Assembly (NCBI GenBank): GCA_030390025.1
Contig: CM059438.1
Coordinates: 68,078,001 to 68,142,000 of the forward strand
Direction of reading: 5' to 3'
Length of the DNA: 64,000 nt
Origin: Squalus acanthias
Lineage: Eukaryota
The position numbers and the translations under genes are program-made. Below are positions 26,679-40,449 of the stretch, in pieces. The notes below the pieces were generated by a model that worked only from the letters and a program-made list of their open reading frames with translations, was not told the origin of the DNA and made no database searches. The stretch's first letter is position 1. Each line of letters starts with the position of its first letter.

Positions 26679-27042
26679 GATAGCAGAACAGGAGGACAGA
26701 GGATAAAATTAATGAGAGGCCAGTTAAAAACTGAAGTTGGAAAGGAATTCTTCCCATGAACAGGAATTAACATCTGGAATAGTTTTCCAGGAAGTGCAGT
26801 AGAGGCAAAAATCCTTAGGATTGTTCAAGATCCAAATGGATGACGTGGTGGGGGTTCCTGTAATTTTATTTGCATGGATGATCCAAGAGGAGTCAAATGC
26901 TTTCCTTCATCTGTGGTCTTGTGAATCTAAGAAGAACTTTAACCATGTGTAAAAATAAAAAGGAATATCAATATAATAGGTTTTGCTTCATTAGGAAAGG
27001 AGAATGAGCAAGGTGAACACATCATAAATGAACAAGATGGTG

Positions 27043-29650
27043 ATAGAACATAGAACATAGAACAGTACAGCACAGTACAGGCCCTTCGGCCCTCGATGTT
27101 GTGCCGAGCATTGTCCGAAACCAAGATCAAGCTATCCCACTCCCTATCATTCTGGTGTGCTCCATGTGCTTATCCAGTAACCGCTTGAAAGTTCCTAAAG
27201 TGTCCGACTCCACTATCACAGCAGGCAGTCCATTCCACACCCCAACCACTCTCTGAGTAAAGAATCCTCGGACATCCCTTCTATATCTCCCCCCATGCAC
27301 CTTATAGTTATGCCCCCTTGTAACAGCTACCTCCACCCGAGGAAATAGTCTCTGAACATCCACTCTATCTATCCCCCTCATCATCTTATAAACCTCTATT
27401 AAGTCGCCTCTCATCCTCCTCCGCTCCAAAGAGAAAAGCCCTAACTCCCTCAATCTTTCCTCATAAGACCTCCCCCCCAAACCAGGCAGCATCCTGGTAA
27501 ATCTCCTTTGCACTCTTTCCAATGCTTCCACGTCCTTCCTATAGTGAGGTGACCAGAACTGCACACAATATTCCAAATGTGGTCTCACCAAGGTCCTGTA
27601 CAGTTGTAGCATAACCTCACGGTTCTTAAACTCAAACCCCTTGTTAATAAACGCTAACACACTATAGGCCTTCTTTACTGCTCTATCCACTTGAGTGGCA
27701 ACCTTCAGAGATCTGTGGATATGAACCCCCAGATCCCTCTGTTCCTCCACGTTCCTCAGAACCCTGCCGTTGACCCTGTAATCCTTATTCAAATTTGCCC
27801 TACCAAAATGAATCACCTCGCACTTATCAGGGTTAAATTCCATCTGCCATTTTTCGGCCCAGCTCTGTATCCTATCAATGTCTCTTTGCAGCCTACAACA
27901 GCCCTCCACCTCATCCAATACTCCACCAATCTTGGTGTCATCAGCAAATTTACTGATCCACCCTTCAGTCCCCTCCTCCAAGTCATTGATAAAAATCACA
28001 AACAGCAGAGGACCCAGAACCGACCCCTGTGGCACACCGCTGGTAACTGGTCTCCAGTCCGAAAATTTTCCATCCACCACCACCCTCTGCCTTCTATGAG
28101 ATAGCCAGTTACTTATCCAATCGGCCAAATTTCCCTCTATCCCACAACTCCTTACTTTCTTCATGAGCCGACCATGGGGAACCTTATCAAACGCCTTACT
28201 AAAATCCATGTATACGACATCAACTGCTCTACCTTCATCTACACACTTAGTTACCTCCTCAAAGAATTCAATCAAATTTGTTAGGCAAGACTTACCCTTC
28301 ACGAATCTGTGTTGACTATCCCTGATTAAGTTGCCTCTTTCCAAATGGTCATAAATCCTATCCCTCAGGACCTTTTCCATTATCTTACCAACCACCGAAG
28401 TAAGACTAACCGGCCTATAATTACCAGGGTCATTCCTATTTCCTTTCTTGAAGAGAGGAACAACATTTGCCACTCTCCAGTCCTCTGGCACCATCCCCGT
28501 GGACAGTGAGGACCCAAAGATCAAAGCCAAAGGCTCTGCAATCTCCTCCCTTGCCTCCCAAAGAATCCTAGGATATATCCCATCTGGCCCAGGGGACTTA
28601 TCGACCCTCAGGTTCTTCAAAATTGCTAAAACATCTTCCCTCAGAACATCTACCTCCTCCAGCCTATCCACCTTTATCACACTCTCATCCTCAAAAACAT
28701 GGCCCCTCTCCTCGGTGAACACTGACGAAAAGTATTCATTCATCACCTCTCCTATCTCTTCTGACTCCATGCACAAGTTCCCACTACTGTCCTTGACCGG
28801 CCCCTACCCTCACCCTGGTCATTCTTTTATTTCTCACATAAGAGTAAAAAGCCTTGTGGTTTTTCTTGATCCGACCCGCCAAGGACTTCTCATGCCCCCT
28901 CCTAGCTCTCCTAAGCTCTTTTTTTAGCTCATTCCTTGCTACCTTGTACCCCTCAATCGACCCAACTGAACCTTGTTTTCTCATCCTTACATACGCTTCC
29001 TTTTTCCTCTTGACTAGACATTCAGCCTCTTTTGTGAACCATGGTTCTCTCACTCGGCCATTTCTTCCCTGCCTGACAGGGACATACCTATCAAGGACAC
29101 GCAGTAATTGCTCCATGAAAAAGCTCCACTTTTTGTTTGTGCCTTTCCCTGATAGTTTCTGTTCCCATCTTATGCTCCCTAATTCTTGCCTAATCGCATC
29201 ATAATTACCCCTCCCCCAATTATAAACCCTGCCCTGCCGTATGGCCCTGTCCCTCTCCATTGCAATAGTGAAAGTCACCGAATTGTGGTCGCTATCTCCA
29301 AAGTGCTCTCCGACACACAAATCAAACACTTGGCCCGGTTCATTACCCAGTACCAAATCCAATGTGGCCCCACCTCTTGTCGGCCTATCCACATATTGTG
29401 TCAGGAAACCCTCCTGCACACACTGTGCAAAAACTATCCCATCCGAACTGTTTGACCTATAAAGGTTCCAATCAATATTTGGAAAGTTGAAGTCACCCAT
29501 GACAACTACTCTGTGACCTCCACACCTATTCATAATCAGCTTTGCAATTTCTTCCTCCACATCTCTATTACTATTTGGGGGCCTGTAGAAAACTCCTAAC
29601 AACGTGACCGCTCCTTTCCTATTTCTAACTTCAGCCCATATTACCTCAGG
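27043..29650 (-). mobile_element. CR1 LINE, 5'-truncated ORF2 (partial endonuclease plus RT), one frameshift near 28790
   Basis: GVFYRPP, MGDFNFP, SDHN; KSPGPDG, YRPVSLTS, DFSKAFD, GVPQGSVLGP, FADD. (ATAGAAC)n tail. Confidence 0.95.
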
Positions 29651-31225
29651 ATGTGACAGGTTTGAAAATGTAGTCATCTCAGAGAAGTGACAAGAAAGAT
29701 TTGGGTAGTTTCCCCATGTTATGTGAGTAAGTTAGCAAATTGCAGAGGTCAGAATACAGTCAAACAAAAAACAGCTTCAGAGAGAGTAAGGGTACCAAAT
29801 TTGCAGTAATAGTGTGGAGGTCGAATTCATGGAAAGTATGCAAGTAAGTTTTCTAGATCAGTATGTTGAGGAACCAACTAGGGGACAGGCTATTTTAGAT
29901 CTAGTATTGTGCAATGAGAAAGGGTTAATTAATAACCTTGTAGTAAAGTGGCCTTTAGGGAAGTGTGACCATAATATGATAGAATTTTATATTGAGTTTG
30001 AAAGTGATTTAGTTAAATCCGAAACTAGGGTCTTAAATCTAAACAAAGCAAACTATGTAGGTATGTGGGGCAAGTTGGCTAAGGTAGATTGGGAAACTAC
30101 ATTAAAAGGTATGACAGTAGCAAAGCAATGGCTAGCATTTAAAGAATTAATACATAATTTACATTAAATATACATTCCTTTAAGGCACAAAAACCCCACA
30201 GAAAAAGTGGTCCAACCGTGGCTGACAAGAGAAGTTAAAGAGAGTATTAGATCAAAGGAAGTGGCTTATAATGTTGCTAAAAAGAGTAGTAAGCCTGAGA
30301 ATTGGGAGGATTTTAAAATTCAGCAAAGGAGGACCGAGAAATTGATAAAGAAAGGGAAAATAGGATATAAGAGTAAACTAGCAAAAGACATAAAAACAGA
30401 ATGTAAAAGCTTCTATAGGTATGTAAAAAGGAAAAGATTAGTGAAAGTAAATGGGGTTCTTTACAGGCTGAGATAGGCAAAGTTATAATGGGGAATAAGG
30501 AAATGGCAGAGAAATTAAACCAATACTTTGGGCGGAACCTTACCTTCCAGGCTGAGTTCGAGGCGGGACTGCTGGTTTTTGGGTTCCAGTCCCGCACCCA
30601 GCGACGTCTGACGAACTGACGCTATTTTGCCCTGATTGGCCTTGTTAAGCCCACCCTGCGGGCTTGCCGGCCAATTAAGGGAAAGCCAGTGTCAGATGAT
30701 GTCAGTAGATGACGCTTCATCAGCCGGTTTTCTTAAAGGCATATGCACCATACTTGTTTGACAGATGATTTGACAGTATTTGACAGCATTGAGGTGCTGT
30801 TAAACACTGGCAATCACTGTCCAAAGGTGAGCCCATTCACCCAGGCTCTCCAATACTCTCTCCTTAGGATAAAACAGATGGCAGCTGCAGCTAAGAATGC
30901 AGAAGCCATCTGTCACTTCTCCCGATGAGATGAGGCTACACAAACACTTCACAGCTTGTCACCTACAGAAAAATCTAAACACATTAAAAATTACTTTCCC
31001 AATATTTCCTTACCTCTGATACTAACCAGTGTCCCATTGCATTCTTCACACCACTTCTGCAGCTGTCATCCAAACACCAACATAACAACAGACCCACAGC
31101 ACACCTCACTTACCCTGGCGGGATTCCTCAATGTCGGGAAGCCCGCAGCAGCAGTCGGAAAATTGGAAAAAGCCTGTTAACTGCCTGTTAGCTACCTGTT
31201 AACAGGCAGTTAAGTGGCTATAATC

Positions 31226-33950
31226 ATAAGAAACATAAGCAATAGGAGCAGGAGTAAGCCATTCAGCCCCTCGAGTCTACTCCGCCAGTCAATAAGATAT
31301 AGACATAGACATAGACATAGAAAATAGGTGCAGGAGTAGACCATTCGGTCCTTCGAGCCTGCACCGCCATTTAATGCGTTCATGGCTCAACATGCTACCT
31401 CAGTACCCCATTCCTGCTTTCTCGCCATACTCCTTGATCCCCCTAGTTGTGAGTATTATATCTAACTCCCTTTTGAATATATTTAGCGAACTGGCCTCAA
31501 CAACCTTCTGTGGTAGAGAATTCCACAGATTCACCACTCTCTGGGTGAAGAAGTTCCTCCTCATCTCAGTCTTAAATGGCTTCCCCTTTATCCTTAGACT
31601 GTGACCCCTGGTTTTAGTTTCCCCTAACATTGGAAACATTCTGCCCGCATCTAATTTGTCTAAACCAGTCAGGATTTTAAACGTCTCTATAAGATCCCCC
31701 CTCATTCTTCTGAACTCCAGAGGATACAAGTTCAGTTGATCCAGTCTTTCTTGATATGTCAGTCTGGCCATCCCAGGAATCAATCTAGTGAACCTTCGTT
31801 GCACTCCCTCAATATCAAGAATGTCCTTCCTCAAGTTAGGAGACCAAAACTGCACACAATACTCCAGGTGTGGCCTCACCAAGGCCCTGTACAACTGTAG
31901 CATCACCTCCCTACTCCTGTACTCAAATCCCCTTGCTATGAAGGCCATCATGCCATTTGCTTTCTTGACTGCCTGCTGCACTTGCCTTCCCACCTTCAGT
32001 GACTGATGTACCATGACGCCCAGGTCTCGTTGCACCTCCCCTTTCCCTAATCTGCCACCATTCAGGTAATAGTCCGCCTCCCTATTTTTACCACCAAAGT
32101 GGATAACCTCACATTTATCCACATTGTACTTCATCTGCCATACATTTGCCCATTCACCCAACCTGTCCAAGTCACTCTGTAGCCTCCTAGCATCCTCCTC
32201 ATTGTTCACACTGCCTCCCAATTTAGTGTCATCCGCAAATTTGGAGATATTACAATTAATCCCTTCGTCCAAATCATTAATATATAATGTAAACAGCTGG
32301 GGCCCCAGCACCGAACCCTGCGGTACCCCGCTGGTCACTGCCTGCCATTCTGAAAAGTACCCATTTACTCCTACTCTTTGTTTCCTGTGTGCCAACCAGT
32401 TCTCAATCCACGTCAACACATTACCCCCAATCCCATGTGCTTTAACTTTGCACACCAATCTCTTGTGTGGGACCTTGTCGAAGGCCTTCTGAAAGTCCAA
32501 ATACACCACATCTACTGGTTCCCCCCCGTCCACCCTATTGGAAACATCCTCAAAAAATTCCAGAAGATTTGTCAAGCATGATTTCCCTTTCACAAATCCA
32601 TGCTGACTTGGACCTATCATGTCGCCACTTTCCAAATGGTCTGTTATGACATCTTTAATAATTGATTTCATCATTTTACCCACCACCGATGTCAGGCTGA
32701 CCGTTCTATAATTCCCTGCTTTCTCCCTCCCTCCTTTTTTAAAAAGAGGGGTTACATTAGCCACCCTCCACTCCTTCGGAACTGATCCAGAGTCTAAGGA
32801 ATGTAGGAAAATGATCGTCAATGCATCCACTATTTCCAAGGCCACCTCCTTAAGTACTCTGGGATGCAGACCATCAGGCCCTGGGGATTTATCAGCCTTC
32901 AGTCCCATCAATTTCCCCAACACCTTTTCCCGACTGATAAGGATTTCCCTCAGCTCCTCCCTCTTACCAGATCCTTTGATCTCTTTTATTTCTGGAAGGT
33001 TGTTTGTGTCCTCCACAGTAAACACCGAACCAAAGTACTTGTTCAATTGATCTGCCATTTCTTTGTTCCCCATTATGACTTCCCCTGTTTCTGACTGCAG
33101 GGGACCTACGTTTGTTTTTACTAACCTCATTCTTTTTACATATTTATAGAAGCTTTTGTAGTCCGTTTTAATGTTCTCCGCAAGCTTCCTTTCATATTTT
33201 ATTTTCCCTGCCCTAATCAAACCCTTCGTCCTCCTCTGCTGAGTTTTAAAGTTCTCCCAGTCCCCGGGTTTGCTGCTACTTCTGGCCAATTTGTATGCCA
33301 CTTCCTTGCTTTTAATACTATCCCTGATTTCCCTTGTTGAGCCACCTTCCCTTTTTTATTTTTACGCCAGACAGGGATGTACAATTGCTGTAGTTCATTC
33401 ATGCGATCTCTAAATGTCTGCCATTGCCCTTCCACTGATAACCCCTTAAATATCGCTTGCCAATCTAACCTCGCCAATTCACGCCTCATACCCTCAAAGT
33501 TGCCCTTATTTAAGTTCTGGACCATGGTCTCTGAATTAACTGTTTCCTTCTCCATCCTCCAATCTTGTCCTCAACACCACTTTCCCGCTCTCTCCCCAAT
33601 TCCCTTGAGTCCCTTGTAATTCAAATGTCTGTCAATCTCCGCCTTGAATTTATTCAATGACTCCGCCTCCACAGCTCTCTGGGGTAGAGAATTCCAAAGA
33701 TTCATGACCCTTTGAGAGAAGAAATTCCTCCTCATCTCCGTCTTAAATGGGCAACCCCTTATTCTGAAACTATGCCCCCTAGTTCTAGATACCCCCACTA
33801 GGGGAAACATCCTCTCAGCATCCACCCTGTCAATCCCCCTCAGAATGTTTTAATAAGATCTCCTCTCATTCTTCTAACCTCCAATGAGTATAGGCCCAAC
33901 CTGCTCAACCTTTCGTCATATGTCAACCCCTTCATCCCAGGTGTCAACCT
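31226..33950 (-). mobile_element. Stacked CR1 LINE insertions (main RT ORF 31400-33301; extra 3' fragments 31226-31300 and 33560-33950)
   Basis: 633-aa ORF with KSPGPDG, DFQKAFD, GVPQGSVLGP, FADD. (ATAGAC)n tail. Confidence 0.93.
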
Positions 33951-34010
33951 CTTCCACCCGCTAGGAGTCGGGTCCCTGCACAAATCGGGGACCCGACTCC
34001 CGGGAAGATT

Positions 34011-34460
34011 AGAAACATAGAAACATAGAAACTAGGAGCAGGAGTAGGCCATTCGGCCCGTCGAGCCTGCTCCACCATTCAATACGATCATGGCTGATCA
34101 TCCAAATCCAGTACCCTGTCCCTGCTTTCTCACACAGAATCCCCATCGAGCCTGCACCGACACATATCCCACCCTATCCCCGTAACCCCACGTATTTAAT
34201 TCCCCCTAACATATCCCATCCTATCCCCGTATCCCCACATATTTAATCCCCCCCCTAACACTAAGGGTCAATTTATCATAGCCAAATCAACCTAACCCGC
34301 ACATTTTTGGACTGTGGGAGGAAACCGGAGCACCCGAAGGAAACCCACGCAGACACGGGGAGAATGTGCAAACTCCACACAGACAGTCACCCGAGGCCAG
34401 ATTCGAACCCGGGTCCCTGGCGCTGTGAGGCACCAGTGCTAACCACTATGCCACCGTGTT
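34011..34460 (-). mobile_element. CR1 3' tail plus HE1-like tRNA SINE
   Basis: (AGAAACAT)n tail; SINE A/B boxes at ~34400-34455; GATT on both sides of the block. Confidence 0.75.
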
Positions 34461-37074
34461 GATTGGAGGCGGATTGGGAGCGGGTTTGGGACCCGCTCCC
34501 ATTTTTGGTGATTATCCCAACAGTCCCGCCTCCAGACCGGCCTCCTCCAGGCTGATAAAATCCAGCCCAAAGTGTCTGTCTTCATGGAAGAAGACGCAAA
34601 AAACTTCCCGGAAATTGTGGAGAACCAAGGCTCTAGCGAGAATGAGGAGCAGAAAGAAATTGGTATTAGTAAAAAAATAGTACTGGAGAAATTAATGGGA
34701 CTGAAAGCTAATAAATCCCTTGGACCTGATGGCCTACATCCTTGGATTTTGAAAGAGGTGGCTATAGAGATAGTGGATGCATTGGTTGTCATTTTCCAAA
34801 ATTCCATAGATTCTGGAATGGTTCCTGCGGAATGGAAGGTAGCAAATGTAACCCCAGTATTTAAGAAAGGAGGGAGAGAGAAAACAGGGAACTACAGACC
34901 AGTTAGCCTGACAGTAGTAGTAGGGAAAATGCACGAATCTATAATTAAGGACGTGGTAACAGGGCACTTAGAAAATAATAATAGGATTGGGCAGAGTCAA
35001 CACGGATTTATGGAAGGGAAATCGTGTTTGACAAATCTGTTAGAGTTTTTTGAGGTTGTAACTAGTAGAATAGATAAGGGGGAACCAGTGGATGTGGTAT
35101 ATTTGGATTTTGAGAAGGTATTCGATAAGGTGCCACGCAAGATGTTATTAAACAAAATTAGGGCACATGGGATTGGGGGTAATATACTAGTATGGATTGA
35201 GGATTGGTTAACAGACAGAAAACAGAGAGTAGGAATAAATGGGTCATTTTCATGTTGGCAGGCTGTAACTAGTGGGGTACCACAAAGTTCAGTGCTTGGG
35301 CTTCAGCTATTCACAATCTACATCAATGATTTGGATGAGGGGACCAAATGTCATATATCCAAGTTTGCTGATGATACAAAGCTGGGTGGGAATGTAAGTT
35401 GTAAGGAGGATGCAAGGAGGATTCAAGGGGATATAGACAGGCTAAGTGAGTGGGCAAGAACATGGCAAATGGAATATTATGTGGAGAAATGTGAAGTTAT
35501 CCACTTTGGTAGGAAAAATAGAAAAACAGAGTATTTTTTAAATGGTGAGAGATTGGGAAATGTTGGTGTTCAGAGGGACCTGGGTGTCCTTGCACACAAA
35601 TCATTGAAAGTTAACATGCAGGTACAGCAAGCAATTAGGAAAGCAAATGGTATATTGGCCTTTATTACAAGAGGATTTGCGTATAAGAGTAAAGACGTCT
35701 TACTGCAATTATATTGGGCCCTGGTGAGACCACACCTGGAGTATTGTGTACAGTTTTGGTCTCCTTACCTAAGGAAGGATATAACTGCCATAGAGGGAGT
35801 GCAACAAAGATTCACCAGACTGGTTCCTGGGATGGGGGAATTGTCCTATGAGGAGAGATTGAGTAGACTAGGCCTATATTCTCTAGAGTTTAGAAGAATG
35901 AGAGGTGATCGCATTGAAACATACAAAATTCATAAAGGACTTCACAGGGTAGATGCAGGGAGGATGTTTCCCCTGGCTGGGGAGTCTAGAACCAGGGGTC
36001 ACAGTCTCAGAATAAGGGGTTGGCCATTTAGGACTGAGATGAGGAGAAATTTCTTCACTCAGAGGGTGGTGAATCTTTGGAATTCTCTACCCCAGAGGGC
36101 TGTGGAGGCTCAGTCGTTGAGTATATTCAAGACAGAGATCGATAGATTTTTGGATATTAAGGGAATCAAGGGATATGGGGATAGTGCAGGAAAGTGGAGT
36201 TGAGGTAGAAGATCAGCCATGATCTTATTGAATGGCGGAGCAGGCTCGAAGGGCCAAATGGCCGACTCCTGCTCCTATTTCTTATATTCTTATGAAAGAT
36301 AATGGAAACCCAACTGCTGGGGCTGACAGTGCTGATATGAAGAAGTTTCACAATTCTACCTTGTTAATCTTTCAAACGGTTTGACCTTCACAGCTGAGGT
36401 AAAATGTATTTACAACTAACATAAACTGCAGCCTTGTGCAGTCATAGCAATTTACAGAAAAGCAATTACATCTCCTGCACTAACTCTTCACTGCCATTTT
36501 TGGTCAGCGATGACAGATTCAATTTCTATCATTCTTGTGTTGTGTTCATCACATTCGATTATTTTCACATGTGGACAAAACTAATTCTGTGCCAATTATT
36601 CATGGTGAACACTATCCCATGGTCTTAGCAATGCAGCGGACATTGGTATAAGAAAACATTTGTCATTTATTAATTAAAATATAATTGCCCAGAAAATAAA
36701 TTTGCCAGATGCAAAAAAGATCACTTATTTTCATCATTGAATTATAATTATTTTGAGGCATCTGTTGTGTCTTCTTGAACTTCCCCCTGTCATGACATTC
36801 ATAACACTGGGCTTGGTTACAGTTTACCTTCTGTCGCACAGATGCTCTTCTGCTGTGAGGTGCTTATGAATTCCTTAATTGACAGGTGGAGGTGTTAATT
36901 TGTGCACTGACTGTAGCCATAGTTATAATCATTTCAAGCTGTGTTTTTCCTTGCAGTTGCTGCTTTTTAAGAGGATATTGTGATTGGTAATCCTTTTCAT
37001 GTTTTGCTTTCTGATATGGCGGACCTGTGGTCCAACATTTGGACCATTCTTTGTGATGTGTTCAACCCTGGCAT

Positions 37075-38060
37075 TTGCCATTTATATAAACGACTTGGAT
37101 GAAGGGACCGGGGGTATTGTTGCTAAATTTGCTGATGACACAAAGATAGATAGGAAAGTAAATTGTGAAGAGGACATAAGGGGGCTACAAAGGGATATAG
37201 ATAGGTTAAGTGAGTGGGCAAAGATCTGGCAAATGGAGTATAATGTGGGAAAATGTGAAGTTGTCCATTTTGGCAGGAAGAATAAAAAAGAAGCATATTA
37301 TCTAAATGGTGAGAGATTGCAGAGCTCTGAGATGCAGAGGGATCTGGGTGTCCTAGTGCAAGAATCATAAAATGTTAGTATGCAGGTACAGCAAGTAATT
37401 AGGAAAGCTAATAGAATGTTATTGTTTATTGCGAGGGGAATTGAATACAAAAGTAGGGAGGTTATGCTTCAGTTATACAGGCCATTGGTGAGACCACATC
37501 TGGAGTACTGTGTACAGTATTGGTCTCCTTATTTAAGAAAGGATGTAAATGCGTTGGAAGCAGTTCAGAGAAGGTTTACTAGACCAATACCTGGAATGGG
37601 CGGGTTGTCTTATGAGGAAAGGTTGGACAGGCTAGGCTTGTATCCACTGGAGTTTAGAAGAATAAGAGGTGACTTGATTGAAACATATAAGATCCTGAGG
37701 GGTCTGGACAGGGTGGATGTGGAGAGAATGTTTCCTCTTGTGGGAGAATCTAGAACTAGGGGTCACTGTTTAAAAATAAGGGGTCGCCCATTTAAGACAG
37801 AGATGAGGAGAATTTTTTTCTCACAAAGGGTCGTGAGTCTTTGGAACGCTCTTCCTCAGAGGGCGGTGGAAGCAGAGTCTTTGAATATTTTTAAGGCAGA
37901 GGTAGATAGATTCTTGATAAGCAAGGGGGTGAAAGGTTATCGGGGGGAGGCGGGAATGTGGAGTAATCAGATCAGCCATGATCTTATTGAATGGCGGAGC
38001 AGGCTCGAGGGGCCGAGTGGCCTACTCCTGCTCCTAATTCGTATGTTCGTATGTTCGTAT
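37075..38060 (+). mobile_element. CR1 LINE, 5'-truncated, in-frame stop at 37368-37370
   Basis: IYINDLD..KFADD..LVRPHLEYCVQYWSP; (TTCGTATG)n tail. Confidence 0.92.
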
Positions 38061-38154
38061 TTACTTTCGGTCTCTTCCTTTGCTGTGACTGGAGTCTTGA
38101 TGTATAGCTTGGTACTCTGGAAAGATGAGACAACCAACCACCCACGCGCTCAGT

Positions 38155-38740
38155 TATTTTTTTTAATTCATTCACGGGATGTGGGCATCGCTGGCAAGGC
38201 CACTATTTATTGTCCATCCCTAATTGCCCTTGAGAAGGTGGTGGTGAGCTGCCTGCTTGAACCACTGCAGTTTATGTGGTGAAGGTACTCCCACAGTGCT
38301 GTTCAGGATGGAGTTCCAGGATTTTGACCCAGCGACAATGAAGGAACAGCGATATACTTCTAAGTCAGGATGGTGTGTGACTTGGAGAGGAACTTGGAGG
38401 TGGTGCTGTTCCCATGTGCCTGCTGCCCTTGTCTTTCTAGGTGGTAGAGGTCACGGGTTTTGGAGATGCTGTCGAAGAAGCCTTGGCGAGTTGCTGCAGT
38501 GCATCTTGTAGATGGTATACACTGCAGCCACGGTACGCCGGTGGTGGAGGGAGTGAATGTTTACGGTGATGGATGAGCTGCCGATCAAGCGGGCTGCTTT
38601 GTCCTGGATGGTGTCGAGCTTCTTGAGTGTTGTTGGAGCTGCACTCATCCAGGCAAGTGGAGAGTATTTCATCACACTCTTGACTTGTGCCTTGTAGGTG
38701 GTGGAAAGGCTTTGGGGAGTCAGGAGGTGAGTCATTCACC
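38155..38740 (-). mobile_element. Non-LTR retrotransposon 3' portion (family of 62215-63500)
   Basis: YKAQVKSVMKYSPLAW..KLDTIQDKAARLI. Confidence 0.85.
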
Positions 38741-38856
38741 TGTTTCCTTAGCTCCGGCTTGAATGTTTTCTCCTTTCTTCTCAGCTTCAACTCGCATCTG
38801 CTCAATCTGGTGCCCTGTGTGAATACAAATAGCTCCTACTTGTCTTCTGCATCCCA

Positions 38857-39979
38857 TGTGAAGGAATAAGCCATATAACCTATTCAGAAAAATACACCAT
38901 TCTATGAAAGAATTCTGGCCTTATTAAAACATGACACACTGGGTTTGGAAATTTGGAAACCTAACTGAAAAAGCTGTAGTAGCATTTTGGCAATAGAGAT
39001 AAGATAGTTGTTGACACTGAATCAGTAATGTTATTGAAACAGAAGGTTAAAGGCTCCTGACGGTCTGAATTTTTGGGAGCAGAAATGGTACACCCTGTAC
39101 AAGGTGTTCTAATTTACACTTCATAAAGAGGCACAAACAGAAGGCCTTAGTAAAAATAACATCACATAAAATGCACCTGCTGTTACACCGTTTTTTATGG
39201 TAAGCTTGGAACACCTAGAGGAGAGACATGAGTCTGTAATGCTACCAGCTGAGGTGACTAAGAATTGCAGAAGTCAGCAGAAAAATGACTAGCGATAATT
39301 AGCTTACATCAGCAGAAAACCTTAAAGAAAAAACCACTGGAAAAGGGTATAAATATTGAACTCTCAAATAGATTTGCTGTAAAGCGGCAAAGCGATTCTC
39401 AGGCTTCAGAGGTGGCTCTGTAAGTCTACAACTCTTTGTGTCTCGGGGATTAAGGTACTGTATTTGATTTTGGTGGATATCCTGAATAAGACTAAGAACT
39501 GTAAAACTGCAGTGAAGTTAAGATTTGAGAATAAGGATCTCTGATAATAAGATTGTAAAGCGTTCTCTTTTTGGAACTGTTAATGTTGCAATTGAATCAC
39601 CAACTGTAAATTACATGTCGGTTCTTTAATAAATCTATATATTTTTAGAATTGTCTCACATAATACTTCTGTATCAAACTCGTGAACTCAATCTCTGTAC
39701 ACTCTTTGGTGAGGAGTTGCAGAATTCTGGGGAGTTTTCCGGACCCTCATAATATCCGGAACGTTACAGTCTAGCTAAACTTATTAAAAGTGCTCTCTGG
39801 AGGACAGTAACATTTTCGGGTTGTTCCTTTCCTTTAGGGAGAGATAGTCCAGACCTTTAGACCCAATTAAGCGTCTTTAGGATTCGTATACCTCAAACTT
39901 TAGTTTAAAGTGAACGTCTGAGGAATACGCCTGATCTGGGGTAGCCCTAAAGGGGCTAGGACTAGTAATTATCCCTTCA
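38857..39979 (+). mobile_element. Solo LTR of the foamy-like ERV family (variant with shorter U3)
   Basis: TGTGAAGGAATAAGCC...TAATTATCCCTTCA, the reverse-complement homolog of the proviral LTRs. Flanks CCCA/ACCA. TATAAATA at 39348, GTAAGT at 39420, AATAAA at 39628. Confidence 0.93.
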
Positions 39980-40449
39980 ACCAAAGCTACTTTATTTTAA
40001 ATATCACAATCATAAACCTCTTGAGTTTTCTTTCCAATGAGAACTGTCCGAGTTCTTTGAATCTATCATGAGATGTTTTATTCTCCAGCTCCCTTATTAT
40101 CTTAGTAGAAGTCTCTGTACTTTTTACAGCTCAGCTACGTCCTTTCTGTAATGTGGGTTCCAAAACTGCACACAGTATTTCTGATGGGCCTGACGATCGC
40201 TCTATATTGCTTTGCAATGTGATCGAGTCATTATTCCTCTTTTCTATGCAGCCCAACATTCTATGATCTTTTTAACGGAAACCAGATATTGGCTTGATGT
40301 CTTGAGGGAGCTATCCACTATAACCCTAATATTTTCCCATTAATCCTGTGATCCTTCTGCCTGTCAGCTCTCCCTAAGGCCAAGACTTTATATTAATCCA
40401 CATTAAACTGCTTCTGCCAACTTTTGGCCCACCTCCATAAATAGTCTAT

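Larger units (their letters stand above)
30530..34568. mobile_element. Harbinger-type MITE in three pieces (30530-31225, 33951-34010, 34461-34568)
   Basis: Collinear with the copy at 4453-5130. Ends GGGCGGAACCTTA / TAAAATCCAGCCC. Confidence 0.8.
29806..36293 (+). mobile_element. CR1 LINE ORF2 split by a nested insertion (5' part 29806-30529, 3' part 34572-36293)
   Basis: ..KEMAEKLNQYF at 30529 continues as VSVFMEED at 34572. RT motifs in ORF 34572-36203. TTCTTAT tail. Confidence 0.92.

Noticed and set aside
27691..33094. Many short plus-strand ORFs opposite the CR1 RT genes
   Set aside because: Antisense shadows of LINE ORF2.
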